DNA of 64,000 nt from Candidatus Poribacteria bacterium (lineage in GTDB: Bacteria > Poribacteria > WGA-4E > PCPOR2b). Position numbers and translations under genes: made by a program. This document shows positions 39,834 to 50,436 of the stretch, piece by piece (the first letter of the stretch is position 1; each line of letters starts with the position of its first letter). The notes below the pieces were generated by a model. The model was given only the letters and a program-made list of their open reading frames with translations, searched no databases and was not told the origin of the DNA. The stretch covers positions 3,616,001-3,680,000 of the forward strand of contig OZ242351.1 in NCBI GenBank assembly GCA_965208675.1, in the 5' to 3' direction.

Positions 39834-41672
39834 CTAATCCAAATATCCCCTTAGTTGCTGGCTGCGGACCGGGTGACGCAGTTTTCGCAAAGCTTTCGCT
39901 TCAATTTGACGGACACGTTCCCGCGTTACCTGAAATACTGCGCCTACCTCCTCAAGTGTCCGAGGGTATCCATCCCCAATTCCAAACCGCAAGCGGATTA
40001 CCTTCGCCTCACGTTCCGTCAATGTCGTCAACACATCTTCAACCCGTTCCTTTAGCATCGTGAATGCTGCTTCGCTCACCGGCGATTTCGAATCCTTATC
40101 CTCAATGAAATCGCCGAGTTGGCTATCTTCCTCTTCGCCCACAGGCATTTCTAGCGAGACAGGCTCTTGGGCAATTCGAAATACCTGTCTTACCTTTTCA
40201 AGGGGAAGGTCCATTTCATCTGCAATTTCCTGCGGCGTAGGTTCACGTCCCTTTTCTTGCACAAGATGACGAGAGGTGCGGATAAGTTTATTTATTGTTT
40301 CAATCATGTGGACAGGAATACGGATGGTACGGGCTTGATCGGCAATCGCGCGGGTGATGCCCTGGCGTATCCACCACGTCGCGTAGGTGCTAAATTTGTA
40401 ACCGCGCTGATAATCGAATTTATCCACTGCTTTCATCAAGCCGATATTTCCTTCTTGGATGAGGTCCAAAAATGCCAATCCAGGCGTACGATTCCTATAT
40501 TTCTTTGCAATGCTCACAACCAGCCGCAAGTTTGATTCGACAATCATCATCTTTGCCTCTTGCGCGAGCATTTCGCCCTTATGAATCCGCTGAATCACTT
40601 CGTTCAATTGCGCACGTGGAAGGCCAATTTCGCGCTCCAATTCTCCAATCATGCGCTGTGCCCTAACAATTTCTCCACTATGATGTTTTAGCGGCTCCGT
40701 CGCCGCCTCCGAATCGGGGCTTTCTATTTGGTCACGCGCGCCGTTTCCAGCTAGCTGGCAGAGTTGGTCCGCGGGCATCTGGTACGTCCGCTCAATTCGC
40801 ACAATCTCTTTTTCCAAATCAGTAATTGTATTGCCGGCTTCTTTAATCTTGCCTGAAATCTTGCTGATTTCCTCCTGATTAATCTTCACCTGTTTTAAAG
40901 TGTGAATTAATTCTGCGAAATACGATTTAGGCATTTCGCGGACGGTTTCTTCCTCATCAGGCGGCAATGTTTGGTTTTGGAGCCCATGCGCTCCGTTAGA
41001 CCTTTCCAATTCGACATCTTTTAAAGTGGTTAAAAGCTGCTTCGCCGTGTTGAGGTATTTCTCTTCTTTATCGCCAGCCGAAGTGCTGGAAACCGGCAAC
41101 TCTATCACCTCGGACGGTTTCTTGCCCCCTGCCAATATTTGGTTAAGAAGTTCCCCCATCCCTGCAATTGCCAATGGGGTTTCAAATATTGCTTCCTGGA
41201 CGATTCTGTGCGCTTCCTCAATTCGTTTTGATAAAATGACTTCCTGCTGCTTAGATAGTAGAGGGATACGTCCCATTTCCCTGAGGTAAACACGGACCGG
41301 GTCATCAACCTTGTCAAGTTTTTCCGCATTCAGATTGAGCAACAACGCATCGTCGTAGTTTTCGTCATCGACATTGTCCTCACTATCAGAGTAAACATCA
41401 CTGCAATCAATATCTCTTAAATCCATTGTCATTAAATCTCCCTCATCAAGAACGGCCGTGTCATTGGAAGGATTAAGTTCTTCCACATCCAAACATAACA
41501 AATCATCGAAATCCTCTGGTGAGGTATCCGGTTGCTCACTATATTCCAAATAAGCTTGATCTCTGTCTGGTTCGGCCACGCCGTTGTTCAATTTAGTCGT
41601 CGAAACCATTATTAATAATTTCTCCTTTAGGTCTAGAGAGTGCCAATCTTTGAGATTGTCACCATCTAACAA
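39834..41672 (-). CDS. rpoD: Primary sigma factor
   Basis: [60 protein letters not shown]; start may be ~41609. Confidence 0.97.
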   Translation of the reverse strand: MLDGDNLKDWHSLDLKEKLLIMVSTTKLNNGVAEPDRDQAYLEYSEQPDTSPEDFDDLLCLDVEELNPSNDTAVLDEGDLMTMDLRDIDCSDVYSDSEDNVDDENYDDALLLNLNAEKLDKVDDPVRVYLREMGRIPLLSKQQEVILSKRIEEAHRIVQEAIFETPLAIAGMGELLNQILAGGKKPSEVIELPVSSTSAGDKEEKYLNTAKQLLTTLKDVELERSNGAHGLQNQTLPPDEEETVREMPKSYFAELIHTLKQVKINQEEISKISGKIKEAGNTITDLEKEIVRIERTYQMPADQLCQLAGNGARDQIESPDSEAATEPLKHHSGEIVRAQRMIGELEREIGLPRAQLNEVIQRIHKGEMLAQEAKMMIVESNLRLVVSIAKKYRNRTPGLAFLDLIQEGNIGLMKAVDKFDYQRGYKFSTYATWWIRQGITRAIADQARTIRIPVHMIETINKLIRTSRHLVQEKGREPTPQEIADEMDLPLEKVRQVFRIAQEPVSLEMPVGEEEDSQLGDFIEDKDSKSPVSEAAFTMLKERVEDVLTTLTEREAKVIRLRFGIGDGYPRTLEEVGAVFQVTRERVRQIEAKALRKLRHPVRSQQLRGYLD

Positions 41673-41681
41673 AAAGAGGGA

Positions 41682-43466
41682 TTAATGGACGAAATGTCGT
41701 CTTCGGTTTGATAGTTCAACAAGTTCCTTAAGCGTCTCAATGTTATCATCACCCTTCGTCAGGGCGGTGGAACGTCTTTCACGCTCTATATCGCGCAATA
41801 GAAATTCACTGAGTTTTTTCAAACACCCTTCAACCCGCACTTTAAGATTTGGCGTAATCTTCCTTTGCAGGAGGGCATTCGAGATAGTGCCTTTAATTCT
41901 CTCATTCTCACAAGTGTCAATCAGGCCTTGCACGTCAAGTGGGTCGTCAGACTTGCACCCGTCCCATAGCATTTGCGCAATAATTGCAAAATCGGGGTGT
42001 GTAAAATCTTGATAGCGAAATTTCTCTTTTACACCTCGAATAAGATTCGGACTCTGAATTAGGGATTCAATCAACTGCCATTCGATTGACTCGCGCGGCT
42101 TGAGGCTTGCCTTTCCGGCATATTGGGAGGGGGGACGCACCTGGGAAGAACGGTTTGCTTTCACACCGAGACGCTGCAATTCCTTCGATAGCACTTCACG
42201 TTCAATATTGAGTTCTTGCGCGGCATATGTAATATATTCATTTAGTTCAACATTGCTTGTAATATGAGACAAGGTTAATGCAATCTCTTTAACTGTATGA
42301 GTTTTCACATCAATTCGGCGGATTGCATCTTGTTGAGAAGCGCGTTGAATCTGAAATTCGATGAGATTCATCGCAGAGTTGCAGAGTTGATTAAACGCGT
42401 CCAAACCTTGTGATTGAATAAATTGATCTGGATCTTCACCAGTCGGCAGAAGCGCAATGCGAACACGCAGCCCTTTCTTCAGAAGAATGTGCAACCCTCG
42501 AAGCGTCGCTTGGAAACCCGCGGCATCGCCATCATAAACGATAACCGTCTCTTCAGCAAATCGATTCAATAAACTGGCGTGTGATTCGCTAAATGCCGTT
42601 CCTAATGAGGCAACAACATGTTTCACACCTACCTGATAGGGCATGATCGCATCAAAATAGCCCTCGACCAGAATGGCTTTCCCTGCCTTCTGAATTGCTT
42701 GCCGTGCATGGTATAGATTATAGAGCGTTTTGCTTTTATCATAAAGACCTGTTGTAGGCGAATTCAGATACTTGGGAAGCGTTTCTTCAGATAACGCGCG
42801 CCCGCCGAATCCAACAGGTATCCCGCGTTCATCAAGAATTGGAAATATGATTCGACCTCGAAAGCGGTCTATGGACCCGTGTTCATCCTTCTTGATGAGC
42901 CCGGCATCAATTAACTGTTGCACCGAAAAATCGGCTTTTGCCGCAGTTTTGAAAAGATCTTGGCGTCCACGGGTGGCATACCCGAGTTGGAAATGGCGGA
43001 TGGTTTCATCTTTTACACCGCGCTTTTTGAGATATGCCAACGCGTGGCCGCCGATTTGAGGCGTCAAGAGTTGTCGATGAAAATGCGCCATGGCAAAACG
43101 GTTGACATCCTGAAGTTCAAGACGTTTACGACTTTTCTCACGCGATTTCCCGTCCTGACTCGGCAATGAAATTCCAACACGTTGCGCTAACCACGCTACG
43201 GCTTCTATGAAAGGCATACCTTCATGTTTCTGAAGGAAGCTAATCACATTGCCGCCGCTATTGCAACCGAAACAGTAGAAGATTTGCTTCTCGGGAGATA
43301 CGCTGAAGGAGGGCTTTTGCTCTTCGTGGAAGGGACAGAGCGCACTGAATTCCTTACCGGCGGCACGCAACGGAATTCCACACTCAGATATCACCTCCGC
43401 AATATCGTTTTGTGCTCGAATTTCGTTCAGTAGTTCCGGTGGAATGTAATTCGACGATTGATTCAT
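41682..43466 (-). CDS. dnaG: DNA primase
   Basis: CPFH..CFGC zinc finger, KYLNSP, VEGYFD, YDGDAAG. Confidence 0.97.
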   Translation of the reverse strand: MNQSSNYIPPELLNEIRAQNDIAEVISECGIPLRAAGKEFSALCPFHEEQKPSFSVSPEKQIFYCFGCNSGGNVISFLQKHEGMPFIEAVAWLAQRVGISLPSQDGKSREKSRKRLELQDVNRFAMAHFHRQLLTPQIGGHALAYLKKRGVKDETIRHFQLGYATRGRQDLFKTAAKADFSVQQLIDAGLIKKDEHGSIDRFRGRIIFPILDERGIPVGFGGRALSEETLPKYLNSPTTGLYDKSKTLYNLYHARQAIQKAGKAILVEGYFDAIMPYQVGVKHVVASLGTAFSESHASLLNRFAEETVIVYDGDAAGFQATLRGLHILLKKGLRVRIALLPTGEDPDQFIQSQGLDAFNQLCNSAMNLIEFQIQRASQQDAIRRIDVKTHTVKEIALTLSHITSNVELNEYITYAAQELNIEREVLSKELQRLGVKANRSSQVRPPSQYAGKASLKPRESIEWQLIESLIQSPNLIRGVKEKFRYQDFTHPDFAIIAQMLWDGCKSDDPLDVQGLIDTCENERIKGTISNALLQRKITPNLKVRVEGCLKKLSEFLLRDIERERRSTALTKGDDNIETLKELVELSNRRRHFVH

Positions 43467-43496
43467 CTCAACCCACCAATTTTCTTAGCCCTTAGT

Positions 43497-45944
43497 TTAA
43501 TCCTGTAGGCTAATGGTTGTCACGCCCGCGCCGCCTTGGTTAAGTGGTGCTTCCCGAAAATCTACAACTAAAGGATGCTCACATAAAAATTTCTGTATTG
43601 CACCGCGTAGCGCACCGGTGCCTTTGCCGTGGATAATTCGAACAGTTGATAAACCGGCGAGAAAAGCGTCGTCCAAGTATTTATCGGTTTCATCTAACGC
43701 ATCGTTGACTGTTTTCCCTCGCAGATTTAGTTCGGTTTCGACAACGCCCGCCTTTTGGTCTTGTACATCCAACACGGAAGCAGACAGATTCGGTGTGTCG
43801 CCCCCAACCGACGGACATAATTCAACTTCATCATATGAAACCTGCATCGCCATATTCCGAACCCAGATTTTTAACGGCGCCTTGCTGCTTTTTTTGATTG
43901 ATAGGACTTCCCCAAACTGATTTAGTTCTTTGAGCCGAACCTTATCTCCCACCTGTATCGTTGGAAGTGATAGGAGGTCTGTCTGCGCTTCTCCCTTTGG
44001 TAGATGGCGCTCCTCGAGTTCATTTTCAGCATTCTCAATGTGTGTGAAAGCCGAACGTACACTTCTTTTTGATGCACCATCGTTTCGCACGTCCGCGATT
44101 GTTTGTTCAATTAGTTTACGCGCATTCTTGAGAATCTCGGCGGCCTCTTTTTCTGCCGCTCGCTTAAGTTCATCGCGCTCAACTTCAAATTGGCTAATTA
44201 GCGCTTCATGTTTTTTATATTTGGTTTCAGCCGCTCGGACTCTCCCCTGCACAATTTCACGCTCAGCTTCAAGTTCACGTTGTGATTCTTGCATGCTAAC
44301 GATGAAGTCTTCAACGGCGACTAGCCGACCGCCCATGTGCGCTTTTGCCTCGTCAGTTATCGAGTCGGCCATTCCCAACCGCTGCGCGATTTTTATCGCA
44401 TTACTACTTCCCGGCACGCCAATTAGAAGCCGATAGGTAGGGCTTAAAGATAGCCAATCAAACTCCATAGAGGCGTTCTCCATCCCCTCCTGAGTATGGG
44501 CAAACGATTTCAAGATGCCGTAATGGGTTGTTACCATAGTACGAGCGCCATTTTTGCCAAGCCGGTCAAGAATCGCCATACCCAATGCTGCTCCCTCAGT
44601 AGGGTCTGTGCCTGCACCAAGTTCGTCCAGCAGCACCAACGACTTCCCATCATGCCGTGCATTGCCATTGTGGATGTTGCCTCGTTCAATATGCTTCAAA
44701 ATCTCAATAATCTTGGTGATGTGCGATGAAAACGTGCTCAAATTCTGTTCGATACTCTGTTCGTCGCCAATATCGGCGAATATATCATCAAATACCGCAA
44801 TTTCACTACCGCTTCGTGCTGGAATGTGCAATCCCGATTGAGCCATGAGCGTCAGCAGACCGATTGTTTTGAGAACGACAGTTTTTCCGCCTGTGTTGGG
44901 CCCTGTAATGACGACCGTGTGAAATGAGTCGCCGATGTGTAAATCAGTCGGAACTATGTGCTCCGGTTTACCCGATTTCCCTTTCCCCCCATGTGCTCTT
45001 AAACTCGCTTCTAGTAAGGGATGCCTCGCTGATTTCAATTTCACAAAACCGCGTGTGTTGAGGCGGGGTTCAACCGCGTTCAGCTTAAGACTTAATTCTG
45101 TCTTTGCACCCAAGAAATCCAGTTCGCCCAGTGTGTCCATTGCGGCTTCCAGATTGGTTGAACACTCGCGAACTTGTTCACTCAATGCAAACAACACCCT
45201 GCAAACCTCTTCACGTTCTTCATCTGCTAGTATATGCAAGGTGTTATTGAGTTCAACAATACTGAAAGGTTCTATGAATACGGTTGCCCCACTTGTGGAT
45301 TGCCCTTGGACAATTCCAGGGAAATGGCTTCTAGCGTCTTGTTTAATTGGAATGACGTAGCGATCGTTTCGGAGGGTGATGATGTTTTCTTGGAGCGATT
45401 TCTGATGGTGGGAAGAACGTAGGATTGTTTCTAATTTCGATTGAATCTTTTCCCGGGTGTTCACCAACTGCAGTCGGATATGCCTAAAGGTCCGACTCGC
45501 TTGATCTAGAATTTCACCTTCCGAACCGATACAGCCGGCAATTGATTTGGATAACTCGATAAATTGCGGAAGATTATTGACGAGTGAGCAAAGGTTTGGA
45601 AAGTCGTCCGCGTCTATTTTCGCTAACCATCGTCTGACGTTCTGAGCAACGTTCGCAAAACGACTGACATCAAGGAGTTCATCGGCTTCTAGTATTGCGC
45701 CCGGCTTCACTGCCTTTCGAAGAACCGGAGAAATATCCGTTAAACCCCTTAGTGGAAAACCGGTCGATGATTCATAAAAAGCCTTCGCCTCACTACCAAG
45801 TTTTTGTTGTTCTCGAATCTCATCTATCTTCCGGCTCGGCCTTAGCTTCTCTACTCTTGATACGCCCAACTGAGAAAGAGCATATTTCTTGAGCAGTGAT
45901 TTCAACTTATCATATTCAAGAACTTTTTCTGTATGGGCGACCAT
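43497..45944 (-). CDS. mutS2: MutS2 with Smr domain
   Basis: TGPNTGGKT, DIGDEQSIEQNLSTFSSH, DELGAGTDP, IIHGKGTG. Confidence 0.96.
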   Translation of the reverse strand: MVAHTEKVLEYDKLKSLLKKYALSQLGVSRVEKLRPSRKIDEIREQQKLGSEAKAFYESSTGFPLRGLTDISPVLRKAVKPGAILEADELLDVSRFANVAQNVRRWLAKIDADDFPNLCSLVNNLPQFIELSKSIAGCIGSEGEILDQASRTFRHIRLQLVNTREKIQSKLETILRSSHHQKSLQENIITLRNDRYVIPIKQDARSHFPGIVQGQSTSGATVFIEPFSIVELNNTLHILADEEREEVCRVLFALSEQVRECSTNLEAAMDTLGELDFLGAKTELSLKLNAVEPRLNTRGFVKLKSARHPLLEASLRAHGGKGKSGKPEHIVPTDLHIGDSFHTVVITGPNTGGKTVVLKTIGLLTLMAQSGLHIPARSGSEIAVFDDIFADIGDEQSIEQNLSTFSSHITKIIEILKHIERGNIHNGNARHDGKSLVLLDELGAGTDPTEGAALGMAILDRLGKNGARTMVTTHYGILKSFAHTQEGMENASMEFDWLSLSPTYRLLIGVPGSSNAIKIAQRLGMADSITDEAKAHMGGRLVAVEDFIVSMQESQRELEAEREIVQGRVRAAETKYKKHEALISQFEVERDELKRAAEKEAAEILKNARKLIEQTIADVRNDGASKRSVRSAFTHIENAENELEERHLPKGEAQTDLLSLPTIQVGDKVRLKELNQFGEVLSIKKSSKAPLKIWVRNMAMQVSYDEVELCPSVGGDTPNLSASVLDVQDQKAGVVETELNLRGKTVNDALDETDKYLDDAFLAGLSTVRIIHGKGTGALRGAIQKFLCEHPLVVDFREAPLNQGGAGVTTISLQD

Positions 45945-45970
45945 AGCTTTTCCAACATTACTCGGAGTTA

Positions 45971-47104
45971 CTAGTCCGAGTCAGCAAATTTTACAGTGTG
46001 TTGGAGTCTATCGTGATGGAAGCGAGCAGTTTCATAGAGGTTGCGGCTCGGCGCAAAGTCGAGATTTACTGCTTGATCGTAATAGTACAAAGCCGTGCTC
46101 TGTTGACCCTCCGACTCATAACGGCGCGCATCTCGAAAGTTTTTTAGAAAATCATCTGCTTTCTTTTCAAAGTTATAAATTCCTGAACGTAACGCCTTAG
46201 TTAATCCGCGGTCAATTTCTCTATTGACTTTGTAGAGATGTACCGCGTCAACGTATGCAATGAAGGCTTTATAATAAGCTCCTTCACTTTCTAGCTTTTC
46301 GGCCTCCGACACATTGGGGGCGTCTGGAAGCGAAGCGAGCAACGATTTAACGCTCGGAGTTAGGTTGCGTCCGAAAATGAAATCGCGGCTTTTCTCTTGG
46401 ATGGCTTTGTCTAGGTTTTCAGCAAATAGATCTATAATATTTTTATAAATTGCTACTGCGTCGTCAAGGCGGTCGAGTTTCTCATAGCATCGTGCTTGGC
46501 TCAACTGGGCATCTACAAGTGCATGCTCGCGAACTGGTACCGGGAGGTCTGGCAGATTTTCATAGGCTTCAATTGCTTTTTCATATTGGCCTTGCTGCTC
46601 ATAACAGTTTCCTATTGCCTTTTGAGCATACAAAGAAAAAATCTGATTATCCGATTCACGGCTTTCCTTGACGGATTCAAATTGTTCTATTGCCGCCGCA
46701 TAATCACCCTGGTAATAGAGGGTCCTCGCATAGTTGTATCGCGCTCTATCAGCAAACGGGGTGCCAGAAAAATTCTGGAAAATCGTTTGAAACGCCTCGC
46801 CCCCTGTCTGGAATTGCTCACCGCTAGTTTCGAACTTCTCGTGATCCAACCAACCGTCTTCCGCTTCTAAATATTTTTCAATGGCTTCCGCAAAAGCTAG
46901 AGATGCTTCCGCACGCGTCTCTTGTTGTTCTTGTGAATAGAAGGAAATTCCTGCTACAAGAACAAGCACAACCGCTGCTGTAATGATTATCAATCTTAAG
47001 TGCTTCTTGAGAAAATCGTAAAATTTGAGGACAGACTCGACAAATTGATCTCGTTTTATCTCTTCCTTTGTCAGACGGTTACCTTGAGCCATTAGCTTCC
47101 TCAA
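45971..47104 (-). CDS. Membrane-anchored TPR protein (YfgM-like N-terminus)
   Basis: LTKEEIKRDQF, single TM helix, multiple TPR repeats. Confidence 0.8.
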   Translation of the reverse strand: MRKLMAQGNRLTKEEIKRDQFVESVLKFYDFLKKHLRLIIITAAVVLVLVAGISFYSQEQQETRAEASLAFAEAIEKYLEAEDGWLDHEKFETSGEQFQTGGEAFQTIFQNFSGTPFADRARYNYARTLYYQGDYAAAIEQFESVKESRESDNQIFSLYAQKAIGNCYEQQGQYEKAIEAYENLPDLPVPVREHALVDAQLSQARCYEKLDRLDDAVAIYKNIIDLFAENLDKAIQEKSRDFIFGRNLTPSVKSLLASLPDAPNVSEAEKLESEGAYYKAFIAYVDAVHLYKVNREIDRGLTKALRSGIYNFEKKADDFLKNFRDARRYESEGQQSTALYYYDQAVNLDFAPSRNLYETARFHHDRLQHTVKFADSD

Positions 47105-47165
47105 TTAATCTTCTGCGGCGATTTTAGAAACTTAAAATTCTTTCGCTAGAATACACGGTTGTTGA

Positions 47166-47237
47166 AGCGGGTGACGGGAATTGAACCCGCGGCCCTCAGC
47201 TTGGGAAGCTGACGCTCTACCGCTGAGCTACACCCGC
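47166..47237 (-). tRNA. tRNA-Gly(CCC)
   Basis: GCGGGTG...TCAGC-TTCCCAA-GCTGA...CACCCGCT; followed by TCA, not CCA. Confidence 0.93.
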
Positions 47238-47600
47238 ACGGAAATTGATAAATTATACTGATTGACATACGCCATTGTCAAGAGGATTTTCTTGAACATT
47301 TGGGTTAGTTAAAGGCGAAAATTCCAGCACGTTTAATGTGAAGTATCCACAAAATTGAAGGAGCGATCTCCGAAACGCGACTACAATCTTGCCGCGATGC
47401 GCGCCAGTTTTCGCCTAGAGTTTACAAAAACTATGTTATACTTTAAGGGGATTTACCATAAGGAAGGAATGTTTGGCCGCACTCCCGAATTTTCCACCGT
47501 CTGGCATATTTGGGCGGCGGCTGAAAAACTCGGATAAGGAACAACACGCGCAGTATTTAAGTCTTGCCGCGAGTAGACAACTGCAGCAGGAAGATTTCAA

Positions 47601-49082
47601 ATGAGCATACGGTCACGGGGCGCAGTTTTGCTAATCTCCTGTTACGAACTTGGACACGAACCTCACGGTATCAGTCTGCCGCTTGGATTTTTGGAAAATG
47701 CCGGATTTGCACCCGATTCAATGGACATAGCGGTCGAGGCGTTCGACACAGAAAAAATTGAACGGGCTAGATTCATAGGAATCTCGGTACCGATGCACAC
47801 CGCTTTGCGGCTGGGTGTCCATGTCGTGCGGCGCATTCGCGAAATCAATCCGCAAGCAATTATCTGCCTCTACGGCTTGTACGCTGTGCTAAACGCAGAG
47901 TACCTCCTAGAACACGGCGTGGACTTCTGTATAGGGGGCGAGTTTGAAGCACCTCTCACGGAGCTCGTCGAAGCATTCGATTCGCAGCCACAAGACTCCC
48001 CACGCCGCCCAACGCGCAACGTTCCGATAGAGGGTGTTATTCAGCGCGGCGCGAAACCGCGGCCTTTCCTTCGACGGTTGCCTTTCGCTGTCCCAAGCAG
48101 GAACACACTGCCGCCTCTTGAAAAGTACGCCCACTTGGAGCACAACGGCGAGCACCGCGTAACCGGTTACGTCGAGGCAAGCCGGGGGTGCGTACATCTC
48201 TGCACGCATTGTCCGATTCCGCCGGTGTACGGTGGACGGTTTTTTGTAATTCCGCGGGAAATTTTACTTGAAGACATACGAAGACAGGTGAACGCCGGTG
48301 CAACGCATATCACGTTTGGGGATCCCGACTTCCTAAACGGACCAACGCACTCGTTGCGTATCATCCGTGCGATGCATGAGGAATTCCCACACCTCACTTT
48401 CGACTTCACTGCTAAAATCGAGCATATCCTAGAACACCGAAAGGTTTTCCCCGAACTCGCAGCGTCAGGCTGCTTGTTTATGATTTCCGCGGTTGAGTCG
48501 CTAAGTGATACTGTCCTAGAGGTATTGAGTAAGGGCCACAAGCACGAGGACATCGTTGAGGCGTTAAAGATTGTACAAAACGCTGGCATCGCACTTCGTC
48601 CTACCTGGGTCATGTTCACACCGTGGACTACCATAGACGATTACACCAACGTGTTGGAATTTCTCGATACACACAACCTTATTGACCACGTAGACCCGGT
48701 ACAATACGCGATTCGACTGCTGATTCCGCCCGGATCCATTCTGCTTGAGTGCCCTGCCGTGAAGCCTTATCTTGGATCGCTAAACCAAGCATCTTTTAGC
48801 TATGAATGGCGTCACCCCGATCCCCGTATGGATGAACTCCATAAAACCGTCAGTACGTTGGTAGAACGGGATTCCCAAGCAGGCGAGGACGAAATGAGTA
48901 TTTTTTACAGGGTGTGGGCGCTTGCGGCAAAAATGCGGGGTGAGTCACTTCCCGAGTCTGTACACCGTAGTCGCCGCGCTAATCGAATCCAAGTGCCGCG
49001 AATAACCGAGCCATGGTTCTGCTGAGCAGAGCCGACCGAGGGTCAGTTGGACCCGCTTCAAGCACAAATGGCCGGTGTGTAA
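47601..49082 (+). CDS. B12-binding radical SAM selenoprotein with CUAEP tail
   Basis: N-terminal cobalamin-binding-like domain, CVHLCTHC; TGA 49023-49025 continues in frame WFC-U-AEPTEGQLDPLQAQMAGV to TAA 49082. Confidence 0.85.
49029..49058 (+). promoter_or_regulatory. Candidate bacterial SECIS element
   Basis: GGGTC-AGTTG-GACCC hairpin whose loop begins 19 nt after UGA, with G at loop position 2. Confidence 0.6.
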
Positions 49083-49548
49083 ATCGGCGGGAGGGATGTT
49101 ATAGACCCATGCGAATTTTCAACTCGCTGTGGTTGGAGGAAATGTACTTGGAAGGACTTGCGCCGTGAAGCATCAAAAAAATTGTAGGAAAGATCTCCGA
49201 GTCGCGACATTTTTGCTCAAGTAAAACCCGGTCCTACACGAGACCTCAAATTAAAAGCGCTGCTACCAATTGTGTTTGTTCTATATTTACAATTCTTGGT
49301 TGAATTAACTATACCAAATTAATTCTCGGGGGCACCACGCCGTAGTTGGAAATGTCCAGCAGTAACATCAAGGGCCTATACGTCGACGTATTCAGAACCA
49401 TATCAGGTATCGTCACAATCAGCTTAATCGCATAGGGGAAACGCCTATTTCCGTAGCAAGTGCCATCCCGCACTTAACCCTGAAGACCGGATTTAGCTAA
49501 GGGTATTTCACACGGTTTTAGGAAAGTGCAGATGTGCTATTCCCCTTA

Positions 49549-50202
49549 TTATCGGCTTTTAACCTTGACTTGAGAGGCGTGAGTTGCGGTGAGATATTTC
49601 GCCAAGACAGAACGTACCTTTGCCTCCGTGAATGCCAAGCCTGGCGCAACAAGCATACATCGTCTAGCAGACCACCGAGAAGACCACATCCTAACAAAAT
49701 CCGAATAGGGCAAATGCCTTATCCTCTGACGTTTTAGATCGTTCGTGCCTGAATGGGCTCTCGAAATATTCGTCAGTTGGATTTGCTCATCGCCGTCGTT
49801 GTAGCCAAGCAATGCCCAGAATTCCACTGGACCGTCATACCGTAACAATACCACAGGCGCCCAGCCTGCTGCAATAAACGCCTTCAATACATCAAGATTG
49901 CAATTCGACACTAGGCTAATATGGTCGTCCTGTCTCTTTATTCTTGCGTAGAAATCTTCAATGCCGTGATTGAGAGGTTGGTTTTTGAAAATAGTTTTCG
50001 GCAACGGCAGCCGTGCTGACTCTACCTCTGCTACCCACGGTAATGACGGGCTTGACGATGCCGGTACATTTCTCGGTGCGAAACTGCCATCTATGGAAGT
50101 TGATGCGCTCGGGATATATCTTTTCCCGGGCGCGGGACCGCAACCATTTAGTAAGATACACAACACTAGAAACATTGCAAGATTAGAAGTTGCAGTTCTC
50201 AT
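49549..50202 (-). CDS. Hypothetical lipoprotein, possibly degenerate C39-like fold
   Basis: LNGC lipobox after MRTATSN; LKAFIAAGWAPVVLL..ALLGYND; no evident catalytic Cys/His. Confidence 0.6.
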   Translation of the reverse strand: MRTATSNLAMFLVLCILLNGCGPAPGKRYIPSASTSIDGSFAPRNVPASSSPSLPWVAEVESARLPLPKTIFKNQPLNHGIEDFYARIKRQDDHISLVSNCNLDVLKAFIAAGWAPVVLLRYDGPVEFWALLGYNDGDEQIQLTNISRAHSGTNDLKRQRIRHLPYSDFVRMWSSRWSARRCMLVAPGLAFTEAKVRSVLAKYLTATHASQVKVKSR

Positions 50203-50436
50203 AATTCTCTCTACCTTATTTTGCACTGCAATTATATCCCCAAGCGGGTAAACAACGCAGCAGCCAATAAGTAAACCTCCCATTTGAACGATGCATTGAC
50301 CGTTTGCATGCCGACACGGCCAAAACATACGATTTGTTACTAATAGCAAATTCCTTAAACGGCCCCTGAGTAAAATAAGATGAACTGATAGTTGATTGAG
50401 TGGATTAAAACGCGACGGTTAAAATACAAAACCGTC

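Noticed and set aside
49100-49540. Possible cryptic gene or ncRNA in the intergenic gap
   Set aside because: Only one REP copy identified; no convincing ORF or structure
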